DNA of 59,429 nucleotides, counting the filler, from a bacterium (GTDB lineage: Bacteria > JAJRZV01), in NCBI GenBank assembly GCA_024275095.1. It is 3 parts of 3 records of this genome, joined end to end, with 100 filler letters (N's around TTAATTAATTAA, not from the genome) between each part and the next. Parts side by side here need not be neighbours in the genome. Positions count along the whole stretch, not along the records: positions 1 to 30,970 come from JAJRZV010000030.1; 2 more parts are not named here. One strand, 5' to 3'. A model generated the notes under the pieces. It ran no database searches, was not told where the DNA came from, and saw only the letters and a program-made list of their open reading frames with translations. Made by a program: the position numbers and the translations under genes. Of the stretch, positions 19,355-29,737 are shown piece by piece (position 1 is the stretch's first letter; each line of letters opens with the position of its first letter).

Positions 19355-19768
19355 ATGAGGAAAAATTTAATCAGTAAAATAGCCAGGAAGTTTTATTTCT
19401 CAATTTTTGTATCAGCATTTATTTTCGTGGTTATTCCTTCCTCTCGTTTGTGCGCCCATTGTCAAAAGAGTGACACTGACATCATCAGACCGTGCTGCGG
19501 CACGCTTTCAAACACGGAAAACATCGGCACGGCATGTGAATGTATTCATTCATTTAGCAGCTTGTGTTCGCTGGTGAACGGTCCCGTCTGGAAGGTCTCT
19601 TCTTCGGAACGGCACAAATACGTCTCACCTGAAAGTGTTGGGAGCATACCCGAGAGCGGTTCGCTCTGGAAATCTTACACTTCCGGACCGGACCCGCCCT
19701 TTATAGACACTGGCCTTAAAACCACCAAAATCCCCGTACATATAATTATCCAGTCTTTCCTCTGTTAA
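19355..19768 (+). CDS. Small Cys-rich protein at the head of the copper operon (DUF2946-like leader)
   Basis: N-terminal TM segment, CAHC, CC, CECIH, GPDPP, C-terminal IPVHIIIQSFLC. Confidence 0.6.
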   Translation: MRKNLISKIARKFYFSIFVSAFIFVVIPSSRLCAHCQKSDTDIIRPCCGTLSNTENIGTACECIHSFSSLCSLVNGPVWKVSSSERHKYVSPESVGSIPESGSLWKSYTSGPDPPFIDTGLKTTKIPVHIIIQSFLC

Positions 19769-19812
19769 TTACTTAATCCCTTTTTTTCTCCAAAAAACCA
19801 AGGAGGTAGAGT

Positions 19813-21095
19813 ATGTATCGTACAGCAATTCTATGTCTCGTAATCGCAGCTGCGCCTTGCTTTACCGGTAATGCCGACGTAAAAGAACACCTTATTCTAT
19901 CCGAGTTGCTGAAAAGGCAGACGAAAACAACAATGAAATAAAAGCGGCGCGTGCAGCGTGGGAAGCGAAAGCCGCTTCTGTAAAGGTAGCTTCATCCATT
20001 CCCGATCTCAACGTGGGAATAAGCATAAAAAATGAGGGGTTCAACTCTCTGTCTATCCGTAACGAAATGATGAGTGCTGTGGGTGTGAGCGTTATGCAGA
20101 CAATTCCCTTTCCGTCCAAGCTCTTTGCCAGGGGGGACATTCAGAAACAACTGAAAAACAGCGAGTACTCGCGTTATGTGGCCGTAAGGCTTCGAGTACG
20201 AAGGCAGGTGCGAGAATACTTTTACGAGCTATGGTTCAGAAGCGAGGAACAGCAAATCATCCAGAACATGCTCAATGAACTGCAGCGCGCAAAGGAAGCA
20301 GCCGAGTCCCTTTACCGCGTGGGACGGGGCTTTCAGGAACACGTACTGAGGGCACAGCTGGAAATGTCACGCCTCAGGGAAAAACTGATACTTTCGCGTA
20401 TCAGAGAAAAAGATGCACGTTCAAACCTCGCCCACCTGCTCAACCTCTCCGGGGGAGAACTCACCGGAACACCACAAAAAGTCAAAATTTCAGGGACCAT
20501 CGCGAACCTTCCCCATGAAGAAATGTTGAAACTGCTGGAAGAAAAAAATCCTGAACTGCAGGCATTCGCTTACCTGCTGAGGGCACGCAAGGAGAACCTT
20601 CAGCTTGCACGGCTTCAATACTTTCCTGATTTCTCACTGGCCATGGGATGGTACGTCAGGGATGGATTCCCGGATATATGGGAGGCACGTGTAGGAGTAA
20701 CCGTACCCCTGTACTGGTGGCACAGACAAATTAATCAGGTACGTGAAGCTTCTTTTGAATTTGCCGAAACAGAAAAACGCTTTGAAGACCTGAAAATCCG
20801 GCTCGTTTCACAACTGACATATTACGTTCAAGCCTACGATGATAGCAGGAGACTCCTGCAACTCTACCAGGACGCCCTTATTCCCCAGGCATCTGCCGCC
20901 GTGGAATCAGCGATGCAGGCTTACCAGGTGGGAAAACTCGATTTCATCAATCTCATAGAAGATACTCTCACGCTTCTAAAATATCGCGTGGAATATGCCC
21001 GCGTGTACGCCGATGTACTGAAGCTGGAAGCAAAACTCCTGGAAATGCTGGGCGAGGACGCTGGAATATCTGGAGTGATTGGAGGTAAAAAATGA
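19813..21095 (+). CDS. TolC/CusC-like outer-membrane factor, frameshifted at 19912-19915
   Basis: AGGAGG + ATG 19813 gives a signal peptide; adding one A to the A4 run joins it to the 20013-21095 ORF (QYFPDFSL, VTVPLY, AYQVGKLDF). Confidence 0.85.
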
Positions 21096-22372
21096 AGCAG
21101 CGAAATCTCGGCGCCAGGGTCACCCTGTTAGCTACTGCCCTCATCGCAACAGTAGCCTCTACAACCCTGCTTTATTCATGCTCGCGAAACGTTCAAACCA
21201 GTGAAGTAAAAAAGGTGAAATACCACTGCCCCATGCATCCTACATATATATCTGATAGACCAGGAAAATGTCCCATATGTGGCATGAACCTTGTCCCCAT
21301 AGAAAAAGAAACGCCAGAAGAAAAATATCCTCCAGGAACTGTCGTCATCTCTCCTTACAAAGAACAACTTATCGGGGTGAGATATTCAAAAGTCCAATAC
21401 GTGGATTTAACCAAAGAAATACGCACCGTAGGAATTGTTAAGCCCGATGAACGCCGTACATATCACGTGCACGTCAAGGTCAGCGGATGGATAGAAAAGC
21501 TTTACGTAAACTACCGCGGTGCCATGGTTAAAAAAGGACAGCCATTGTTCACACTTTACAGCCCCGAACTTCTTTCTTCCCAGGAGGAGTATCTCATCGC
21601 GCTCAACACGTGGGAAAAGCTAAAAGACTCGCCAGTACCGGGGGTACGAGAAGATGCTCGCAGGCTCCTCGAAGCTGCCAGGGAAAGGTTGCTCTTGTGG
21701 GACATCACCCCGGGACAAATCCGGGCGCTCGAAAGAAAGAAGCAGCCCTTTGTAAAGGTACCCATATATTCCAAATACACAGGCTATGTGATCTGGAAAA
21801 ACGTAATCGAAGGAATGTTTATCAATGCGGGCACACATATTTACGAAATCGCAGACCTCTCGCGCGTATGGGTGATGGCAGACATTTACGAAAGCGAAAC
21901 GCCTTTCGTGAGCCTGGGAGATGAAGCGGTTATCACCTCGAGCTACGACCCTTCACTGAAACTTACCGGGACAGTCGATTATATTTATCCTTACCTTGAC
22001 GAAAAAACCCGCACGCAAAAAGTTCGACTGACCATCGTCAACGATGATGAGCTCACGTTACGACCGGAGATGTACGTAAACGTCATCCTCAAAATTCCTC
22101 TCGGCCAGCGTCTTGCTGTCCCTGTGGATGCAGTAATGCGTACCGGCAAGCGGAACATAGTATTTGTGAGAGCGAAGGAAGGAACTCTGGTACCGAGAGA
22201 AATCCGGGTTGGTCCTGAAGTAGGCGATTATCTCATCGTACTTGATGGTCTGGAAGAAGGAGATGAAATCGTCACATCTGCCAATTTCCTGATAGATTCA
22301 GAGAGCAAATTAAAGCTCGCCATCGAAAGCATGGGTGGAGAAAAGGGTGCTCATAAAACCCGTGGTCAGTGA
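21092..22372 (+). CDS. cusB: Heavy-metal RND periplasmic adaptor
   Basis: YHCPMHP...CPICGMNL metal-binding domain; GWIEKL, LYSPEL, IADLSRVWV, NFLIDSES. Confidence 0.9.
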   Translation: MKQRNLGARVTLLATALIATVASTTLLYSCSRNVQTSEVKKVKYHCPMHPTYISDRPGKCPICGMNLVPIEKETPEEKYPPGTVVISPYKEQLIGVRYSKVQYVDLTKEIRTVGIVKPDERRTYHVHVKVSGWIEKLYVNYRGAMVKKGQPLFTLYSPELLSSQEEYLIALNTWEKLKDSPVPGVREDARRLLEAARERLLLWDITPGQIRALERKKQPFVKVPIYSKYTGYVIWKNVIEGMFINAGTHIYEIADLSRVWVMADIYESETPFVSLGDEAVITSSYDPSLKLTGTVDYIYPYLDEKTRTQKVRLTIVNDDELTLRPEMYVNVILKIPLGQRLAVPVDAVMRTGKRNIVFVRAKEGTLVPREIRVGPEVGDYLIVLDGLEEGDEIVTSANFLIDSESKLKLAIESMGGEKGAHKTRGQ

Positions 22373-22407
22373 GAGTTTAAGCCTTAACCGACCTGCAGGA
22401 GGATGCG

Positions 22408-25400
22408 ATGCCTGAAAAGACTTCTCAAAGAGAAGGTTTTATAGAACGAATTATTGAATGGTCATCAAATAACAGGTTTATCGTTTTTGCATTTACCGCT
22501 TTCGGAATTTTTTACGGCATCTACACATTAAAACACATTCATCTCGATGCCATCCCTGATCTTTCAGATGTACAGGTAATTGTCTATTCTGAATGGCCCG
22601 GGCGTTCTCCGGACCTGGTCGAAGACCAGATTACGTATCCCATCGTAACAGCTCTTCTTGCAGCCCCGCGTGTAAAGGTGGTGCGAGGATACTCTTTCTT
22701 TGGGTACTCGTTTGTGTACGTTATATTTCAGGACGGCACCGACATGTACTGGGCGCGCTCACGTGTGCTTGAGTACATGCAAGAAGTACAGGGAGAACTC
22801 CCACCGGGCGTTACTCCTCAACTGGGACCCGATGCAACCGGCGTGGGCTGGGGGTTCCAGTACGTGCTCGTGGATCGGACAGGCAAGCACAACCTCGCCG
22901 AGTTGAGGTCTTTCCAGGATTGGTACCTGAGATACTGGCTCGAATCGGTCCCGGGAGTTGCGGAAGTCGCTGCAGTCGGAGGATTTGTCAAGCAGTACCA
23001 GGTAGAGCTGGACCCGAACAAACTGCTTGCTTACAAAATACCCATATCGAAGGTGGCCGAGGCCATCAGGCGTTCCAACAACGACGTTGGCGGGAGGGTT
23101 ATCGAAATTTCAGGCACTGAATATTTCGTCAGGGGCAGGGGATATATCCGATCAGTAAAAGATATAGAAAACATCCCTGTAGCACACACTCCTGACGGGA
23201 CGCCAGTACTTGTAAAAGATCTCGGTACTGTTCACCTTGGTCCCGACATACGCCGCGGTACAGCAGACTTTAACGGAGAAGGAAATGTGGTCGGTGGCAT
23301 TGTGGTCGTCCGTTTCGGCGAGAATGTTTACAAGGTAATACAAAACGTTAAAAAGAAAATCGAAGAAGTAAAGGATTCACTTCCCGAGGGCGTGGAGCTC
23401 ATCCCTGTATACGACCGATCAGAACTCATCGAAAGGGCCGTGGACACTCTCTACGAAAAGCTTATCGAAGAAAGCGTGATTGTGAGTCTCGTCTGCATTG
23501 GCTTTCTCTATCATCTCCCCTCGGCGCTCGTGGCCATCATCATGCTGCCACTGGCCATCCTGTTCTCGATGATCCTCATGCACACACTCAATATCACGGC
23601 AAATATCATGTCACTGGGCGGCATCGCCATAGCCATCGGGGCGATGGTTGACGCGGCCATAATAATGATTGAAAACGCACACAAGTATCTTGAACACGAT
23701 GCGGGAAAGAAACCTCGGCGGGAAATCATTACAGAGGCAGCAAAGCTGGTGGGAAGGCCGCTTTTCTTTTCCCTGCTGGTCATCACCGTCTCATTCCTGC
23801 CGGTATTCACACTGGAGGCTCAGGAAGGAAGGCTGTTCAAACCCCTGGCATATACCAAAACCTTTGCCATGTTCTTTGCGTCCCTGCTGTCCATTACGAT
23901 CGTGCCTGTACTCATGCACATTTTCATTCGGGGCAAAATTACACCCGAAGGAAAAAATCCCGTATCGCGTTTTCTCATAAGAATTTACGAGCCGCTGTGT
24001 GCCCTTTCCATTAAGTATCGCTGGTACTTCATAACCGCTGCAGTTGCCATTTTCGGAACATCCATGTTCCTGTTTAAATTCATCGGCTCGGAATTCATGC
24101 CCCCTCTCAACGAAGGTTCAATACTTTACATGCCTACAACGCTCCCGGGAATATCCATAACAGAAGCGGAGAGATTGCTAATTGTGCAGGACAGGCTTTT
24201 CAAAACCTTTCCTGAAGTTGACACTGTATTTGGAAAGGTGGGCCGCGCGGACACCGCCACAGATCCCGCCCCCCTTTCCATGATTGAAACAACGGTGGTG
24301 CTCAAGCCCGAAAGTGAGTGGCCGTGCAGGGTGAAAAAAAACTATCCCCACGCTCCTGGTTTTATGAAACCCCTGCTCAAAAAAGTCTTCGGCACCTGCC
24401 GCAAAATCACATGGGAAGAACTCATCAACGAAATGGACTCCAAGTTCAAATTCCCCGGAGTGACCAATGCGTGGACCATGCCCATCAAGGCACGAATCGA
24501 CATGCTTACAACAGGTATACGCACTCCCGTGGGCATCAAGATCTACGGGCCGGACCTTAAAACAATTCAGCAAATCGGAGAGCAAATAGAAACGGTCATC
24601 CGAAACGTACCCGGAACTCGAAGCGTGTACGCAGAGCGCGTTGTGGGAGGGTACTTCGTGGATTTTATAATTAACCGCCAGGAGGCGGCTCGATACGGAC
24701 TCACAATAGAAGATGTGGAAAACATCATAGAAACAGCTATTGGAGGCATGAAAATAGATTTTACGATCGAAGGGAGAGAGCGGTACTCCATAAACATCAG
24801 GTATCCGCGTGAACTGCGTGAAAACATAGAAGAACTCCAGCGCGTGCTCGTGCCCATACCTTCCGGAGCACAGATTCCTATCGGTCAGTTAGCGAAAATT
24901 GAAATCACAACCGGGCCACCCCTTATCAAGGACGAAAACGGTGCGCTCACCGGCTGGGTATATATAGACGTTGCGGGCAGAGACATCGGCTCCTTTGTAA
25001 AAGAAGCGAAAAAGCTCGTGAAAGAAAAGGTCAAGTTGCCCCCTGGCTATTACCTCGCCTGGTCCGGCCAGTATGAATACATGCTGAGAGCCAGGGAAAA
25101 GCTGAAACTCATTCTGCCGATAACATTACTCATCGTGTTCATGCTCCTCTACTTCAACAAGAAAAACATTACCGAAACTTTTATCGTGATGCTCGCTGTA
25201 CCATTCTCACTGGTAGGAGTAGCATTAATTCTATGGCTTCTCGACTACAACCTTTCAGTGGCTGTGTGGGTGGGAATCATTGCGCTTCTCGGCGTCGACG
25301 CGGAGACAGGAGTGATAATGCTGGTGTACCTGGACGAGGCTTACAGCAAACGCGAATCAGAAGGTCGTATGAATACCTTTGAGGACCTGAAAGAAGCGGT

Positions 25401-25653
25401 AATGTACGGTGCTGTACAGCGCATCAGGCCGAAAATTATGACCGTCAGTGCCATTGTCGCAGGGTTGTTGCCCATCATGTGGTCTCACGGAACAGGCGCG
25501 GATGTGATGAAAAGGATAGCAGCACCGATGATTGGAGGCATCATCACCTCTGCAATGATGGAACTTCTCGTCTATCCTGCCATCTATACCGTATGGAAAT
25601 ACAGAAGAATTAAAAAATTAAACAACTCTAAAACCACAGGAGGTGCGACATGA
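22408..25653 (+). CDS. cusA: CusA/SilA Cu(I)/Ag(I) RND efflux permease
   Basis: LDAIPDLSDVQVI, GPDATGVGW, GAMVDAAI; Met triad in LYMPT, PLSMIET and WTMPI; RIRPKIMT. Confidence 0.95.
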   Translation: MPEKTSQREGFIERIIEWSSNNRFIVFAFTAFGIFYGIYTLKHIHLDAIPDLSDVQVIVYSEWPGRSPDLVEDQITYPIVTALLAAPRVKVVRGYSFFGYSFVYVIFQDGTDMYWARSRVLEYMQEVQGELPPGVTPQLGPDATGVGWGFQYVLVDRTGKHNLAELRSFQDWYLRYWLESVPGVAEVAAVGGFVKQYQVELDPNKLLAYKIPISKVAEAIRRSNNDVGGRVIEISGTEYFVRGRGYIRSVKDIENIPVAHTPDGTPVLVKDLGTVHLGPDIRRGTADFNGEGNVVGGIVVVRFGENVYKVIQNVKKKIEEVKDSLPEGVELIPVYDRSELIERAVDTLYEKLIEESVIVSLVCIGFLYHLPSALVAIIMLPLAILFSMILMHTLNITANIMSLGGIAIAIGAMVDAAIIMIENAHKYLEHDAGKKPRREIITEAAKLVGRPLFFSLLVITVSFLPVFTLEAQEGRLFKPLAYTKTFAMFFASLLSITIVPVLMHIFIRGKITPEGKNPVSRFLIRIYEPLCALSIKYRWYFITAAVAIFGTSMFLFKFIGSEFMPPLNEGSILYMPTTLPGISITEAERLLIVQDRLFKTFPEVDTVFGKVGRADTATDPAPLSMIETTVVLKPESEWPCRVKKNYPHAPGFMKPLLKKVFGTCRKITWEELINEMDSKFKFPGVTNAWTMPIKARIDMLTTGIRTPVGIKIYGPDLKTIQQIGEQIETVIRNVPGTRSVYAERVVGGYFVDFIINRQEAARYGLTIEDVENIIETAIGGMKIDFTIEGRERYSINIRYPRELRENIEELQRVLVPIPSGAQIPIGQLAKIEITTGPPLIKDENGALTGWVYIDVAGRDIGSFVKEAKKLVKEKVKLPPGYYLAWSGQYEYMLRAREKLKLILPITLLIVFMLLYFNKKNITETFIVMLAVPFSLVGVALILWLLDYNLSVAVWVGIIALLGVDAETGVIMLVYLDEAYSKRESEGRMNTFEDLKEAVMYGAVQRIRPKIMTVSAIVAGLLPIMWSHGTGADVMKRIAAPMIGGIITSAMMELLVYPAIYTVWKYRRIKKLNNSKTTGGAT

Positions 25654-26366
25654 AATACGGAGCAAAGCACGCAGCAGTAACAGGCATTATTTTAAGTGCG
25701 GTTCTGTTTCTTTTTCCCCAGGGTGCAAAAGCCTGCGAACAATGCGGTCAATGCGGTGGTGCGAAGAAAGCAAAAGCAGAAGTCTCGGGCAGGGTCACTG
25801 ACCCGGTCTGCGGAATGAAGGTGGACCCGAAAACCGCGGAGAAAAAGGGACTGGTCGCAAAATACAGGGGCCGAAAATATTACTTCTGCATGAAAGCGGA
25901 CCTTGAAAAGTTCAAGAAGAACCCGGAAAAGTATCTCAAGAACCAAAAGGGAATGCAGCACGGCGGCATACATGAGCGCATGATGCAGAATTACGCGGAA
26001 GTTATCAAACTCGAAGGGTTGCTTTTACAGACAAAAAACGCTTCCAGGGGAGTCAAAATTGCTGATGCGTTCGTGAAAAAGGCTCTAGAATTCGTAAACA
26101 GGATGAACGAGATGACCAGAACCAATCCGGGCATGATGAAAAAGGACTCAATGATGGCACAACATTACAAGCAGTTGAAAAAACTCCTCAGGACATTGAC
26201 GGCTCTGAACACACAATTCAAAGCCGCACTTCAAAAACCCAGGCAGGAAAAACTCTTTGCACAGCTTAAAACAACTGCAGCGGAATTCGTGAAACACATG
26301 AAAAAGTGTCACGGGATGATGATGAAGCACATGGGCGCAGGCAAAGGGATGATGAAAGGGCACTGA
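25650..26366 (+). CDS. Exported YHS-domain protein with Met/His-rich helical C-terminus
   Basis: Signal peptide, CEQCGQC, DPVCGMKV...YYFC...FKKNPEKY, HMKKCHGMMMKHM. Confidence 0.8.
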   Translation: MKYGAKHAAVTGIILSAVLFLFPQGAKACEQCGQCGGAKKAKAEVSGRVTDPVCGMKVDPKTAEKKGLVAKYRGRKYYFCMKADLEKFKKNPEKYLKNQKGMQHGGIHERMMQNYAEVIKLEGLLLQTKNASRGVKIADAFVKKALEFVNRMNEMTRTNPGMMKKDSMMAQHYKQLKKLLRTLTALNTQFKAALQKPRQEKLFAQLKTTAAEFVKHMKKCHGMMMKHMGAGKGMMKGH

Positions 26367-26395
26367 ACATCTACAACTTACGGAGGAAGGAAGAA

Positions 26396-28612
26396 ATGAA
26401 AAACCACGACGACGAAAAAAAACACGCAGGTAATATCCACGAAGACCATACAAAAGAACACACGGACTCAGACAGTTGTTGTACAGGAGAGGAAAACGGA
26501 GGTGAAAAAGGCACCGGATCACATTCCCGTGAACACATGATGCACGGGCACCACGAACACCACGAACATCACATGCCGGAAGATACCGTTCATCATGCAG
26601 ACCATGTCCACAAGCATCCTGGACACGAGATGCCAGACCATCACATGAAACACGCTCACGGTGATCATCATGCCCACATGGTGCAGGATTTCAAGCGGCG
26701 GTTCTGGGTCTCTATCATACTCACAGTGCCTGTACTTCTTCTATCTACTATGATTCAGCGGTTCCTTGGACTTGGTAGTGCTCTCAGATTCACAGGAGAT
26801 GTCTATGTGCTGTTTGCCTTTTCATCCGCAGTCTTCTTCTACGGCGGTTACCCATTTCTCAAAGGCATATTTAATGAACTGAAAAAAGCGACTCCGGGAA
26901 TGATGACCCTTATCGCCGTGGCCATATCCACCGCGTATTTCTACAGCAGTGCTGTGGCATTCGGGCTTCCCGGTAAAATGTTTTTCTGGGAACTGGCGAC
27001 CCTTATAGACATTATGCTCCTGGGGCACTGGATCGAGATGAGATCCGTTATGGGTGCTTCACGTGCCCTTGAAGAGCTCGCGCGCCTCATGCCATCAGAC
27101 GCTCACAAGCTCATGCCTGACGGAAGCGTAAAAGATGTTCCGCTGAACGAACTTGCTACAGGAGATAAGGTGCTTGTTAAACCCGGTGAAAAGATTCCGG
27201 CTGATGGAGATGTGATTGAAGGCGAAACATCGGTGAACGAGGCAATGCTCACGGGCGAATCAAAACCCGTGTCCAAAAAGCCCGGGGCACAGGTTATCGG
27301 TGGATCTATTAATGGAGAAGGTTCCATCGTGGTCGCGGTAACCAAGACAGGTAAAGCCTCCTTCCTCTCTCAGGTCATTGAGCTGGTAAGGGAAGCGCAG
27401 GAAAGCAAATCAAGAACCCAGGATCTTGCCAACCGCGCGGCCATGTGGCTCACGCTCATCGCCCTCGGAGGCGGAGCCATAACACTTCTTGTATGGCTTA
27501 CCATCGGAGGAAAAGACTTTGCTTTTGCACTTGAGCGCACTGTCACGGTCATGGTCATTACGTGTCCCCATGCTCTTGGACTTGCGGTCCCGCTTGTTGT
27601 AGCAGTCTCAACAGCCCTCGCGGCAAAAAGGGGACTGCTCATACGTGACCGGGCTGCATTCGAACAGGCAAGAGGTGTTCAGGCCATTGTCTTCGACAAA
27701 ACAGGAACCCTTACGGAAGGCAACTTTGGTGTGACTGACGTCGTTGTCATGGCACCTGACATAAACGAAAAAGAACTGCTTCAATATGCAGCATCAGTAG
27801 AAGCACACTCCGAGCATCCCATTGCCCAGAGCATTGCTGCCTCAGCGGATGCGAAGCACCCTGTCGAAAACTTTCGAGCCATTCCAGGGAAAGGTGCCGA
27901 GGGACGTGTTCATGGCAAAGATGTAAAAGTTGTCAGTCCCGGGTATCTGAAAGAAAAAGGAATTCAGATCTCCGACGAACGAATCGAACCGCTCCTGTCC
28001 CAAGGCAAGACCGTGGTGTTCGTACTTATTGAAAACCAACTCGTGGGCGCCATTGCCCTTGCAGACATCATCAGGAAAGAATCCAAACAGGCCATCGCAA
28101 TGCTCAAGAACATGGGCATCAGATGCATGATGCTTACAGGCGACAACAAACAGGTCGCCCGATGGGTCGCTGAGGAAATCGGACTTGATGAATACTTTGC
28201 TGAAGTCCTTCCACATGAAAAAGCTGAGAAAATCAAAGAAGTACAGGCCCGGGGACTTGTTGTGGCCATGACAGGAGATGGAGTTAACGACGCTCCTGCT
28301 CTTGCCCAGGCCGACGTAGGCATTGCTATCGGCGCGGGTACGGATGTTGCGGTAGAGACTGCGGATATTGTACTTGTTCGGAGCAACCCACTTGACGTGG
28401 TCAGTATCGTGTTTCTGGCCAGGGCCACGTACCGCAAAATGGTGCAAAATCTTGCATGGGCAACGGGTTATAACGCTTTCGCAATACCTCTTGCCGCGGG
28501 AGTTCTTTTCAAATGGGGAGTATTGCTCAGTCCGGCCATGGGGGCAGTGCTCATGTCTCTCAGCACGGTCATCGTCGCTATCAATGCACGCTTTTTGAAA
28601 ATAAAAAACTGA
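26396..28612 (+). CDS. copB: Copper-translocating P1B-3 ATPase (start set at ATG 26396)
   Basis: His-rich N-terminus, TGES, CPH, DKTGT, SEHP, GDGVNDAP, GYN, MSLS. Confidence 0.95.
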   Translation: MKNHDDEKKHAGNIHEDHTKEHTDSDSCCTGEENGGEKGTGSHSREHMMHGHHEHHEHHMPEDTVHHADHVHKHPGHEMPDHHMKHAHGDHHAHMVQDFKRRFWVSIILTVPVLLLSTMIQRFLGLGSALRFTGDVYVLFAFSSAVFFYGGYPFLKGIFNELKKATPGMMTLIAVAISTAYFYSSAVAFGLPGKMFFWELATLIDIMLLGHWIEMRSVMGASRALEELARLMPSDAHKLMPDGSVKDVPLNELATGDKVLVKPGEKIPADGDVIEGETSVNEAMLTGESKPVSKKPGAQVIGGSINGEGSIVVAVTKTGKASFLSQVIELVREAQESKSRTQDLANRAAMWLTLIALGGGAITLLVWLTIGGKDFAFALERTVTVMVITCPHALGLAVPLVVAVSTALAAKRGLLIRDRAAFEQARGVQAIVFDKTGTLTEGNFGVTDVVVMAPDINEKELLQYAASVEAHSEHPIAQSIAASADAKHPVENFRAIPGKGAEGRVHGKDVKVVSPGYLKEKGIQISDERIEPLLSQGKTVVFVLIENQLVGAIALADIIRKESKQAIAMLKNMGIRCMMLTGDNKQVARWVAEEIGLDEYFAEVLPHEKAEKIKEVQARGLVVAMTGDGVNDAPALAQADVGIAIGAGTDVAVETADIVLVRSNPLDVVSIVFLARATYRKMVQNLAWATGYNAFAIPLAAGVLFKWGVLLSPAMGAVLMSLSTVIVAINARFLKIKN

Positions 28613-28668
28613 ATTTTGTCAGCACCTGAGTGCTCATACAGACAGAGGCTGCAAAAACGACAAATTTC

Positions 28669-28726
28669 TTGACAGGGGGTGGTAGTACAGCCAACAATTG
28701 TTTATATGAACATATATTCACATAAA
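28669..28726 (+). promoter_or_regulatory. Promoter plus ArsR/SmtB 12-2-12 operator
   Basis: TTGACA at 28669-28674; TTTATATGAACATATATTCACATAAA (28701-28726) is 22/26 self-complementary with a TGAA-N6-TTCA core, as in CzrA/SmtB operators. Confidence 0.8.
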
Positions 28727-28746
28727 TACATATAAGAGGAAAAAAC

Positions 28747-29097
28747 ATGCCGCGAAAAATGCTTAAAAAGCGAGCAGGCCCACATAACTCCACAAGGACC
28801 CTGAAAGGGGTTATAGATGAAGAGACCGCTTTGAAACTTTCTGAGCTTTTCAAAGCTCTGGCGGATCCCACACGCGTCCGCATACTCTCTGCCCTCAGAA
28901 ACGGAGAAGCCTGTGTTCACGAAATCACGGCCGCGGTGGGGATGAGCCAGTCCGCAATCTCACACCAGCTGCGTTATCTTCGAAATTTACGGTTAATCAA
29001 ACACCGCCGCCAGGGACGTCACGTCTACTACCAGCTTGACGATGCCCACATACGTGACCTGTTTAACCGCGGACTCGATCATGTGAAACACGGGTAA
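28747..29097 (+). CDS. ArsR/SmtB metalloregulator with alpha5-type site
   Basis: FKALADPTRVRIL, EACVHEI, SQSAISHQLRYL, DAHIRDLFNRGLDHVKH (D-x-H-x10-H-x2-H). Confidence 0.92.
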   Translation: MPRKMLKKRAGPHNSTRTLKGVIDEETALKLSELFKALADPTRVRILSALRNGEACVHEITAAVGMSQSAISHQLRYLRNLRLIKHRRQGRHVYYQLDDAHIRDLFNRGLDHVKHG

Positions 29098-29241
29098 CAT
29101 CATGCCTGAAAACAAACACTCAGTATTTCTATTTTTTCGAGTGGGAACTTTCTGTTCACATGGTGGTAACCTCACGCGTGCTCCATAAAATCTCGGGATT
29201 TTGACCCCTTGCGTGAGTAAATAAAAAACAGGAGGCAGACA

Positions 29242-29688
29242 ATGAACAAAGTTGAAAAAAGTGAGGGCAAAGGATGGAAACTGGTAAAACTTGGTAGCTT
29301 CAAAGACATGGCCGACAAAAAAGGGCAATCTGCACGGGGCAAATTTTACCTTGCGCCGCTTCTCCATATTGAACAGCTGGACGCTTCGGTCAATTCTCTC
29401 AAGCCTGGCTGGATTAATCCTTTTTTACACAGGCACAGGTCTCAAGTGGAACTGTACATTTTCATAAAAGGAAAGGGGGAAATGAAACTGGGAGACAAAA
29501 TTGTCTCGGTGGAAGAAGGTGACGCGGTATTTGTTGAGCCCGAGATAGAAAGGGGTGTGAGAAACAACCACGATACCGAATTGCAATTTATCTGCATCCG
29601 GGCAGCAGGAGATTCCAGAATTACATCACCGGAAGAAGACGGAATCCCTGTAAAAGAAAAGGGGTGGACACCTGAACAGCTATTGTAA
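29242..29688 (+). CDS. Cupin-domain protein
   Basis: PFLHRHRSQVELYIFIKGKG and EGDAVFVEP; GGAGG RBS. Confidence 0.85.
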   Translation: MNKVEKSEGKGWKLVKLGSFKDMADKKGQSARGKFYLAPLLHIEQLDASVNSLKPGWINPFLHRHRSQVELYIFIKGKGEMKLGDKIVSVEEGDAVFVEPEIERGVRNNHDTELQFICIRAAGDSRITSPEEDGIPVKEKGWTPEQLL

Positions 29689-29737
29689 TTGTTGAGTAAA
29701 AAGCAATCTTGTAAACGTAGCCAACAAGGAGGAGCCT

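Noticed and set aside
24319-24410. Cys-flanked insertion in CusA (WPCRVKK...GTCRKITW)
   Set aside because: Insertions at this loop occur in other CusA homologues as I recall, and nothing here indicates a new function.
25650-26366. c-type cytochrome call for the YHS protein
   Set aside because: There is no CxxCH motif; CEQCGQC and KKCH do not form one.
26396-26680. His-rich low-complexity stretch as a novel element
   Set aside because: It is the expected N-terminal metal-binding region of P1B-3 ATPases.
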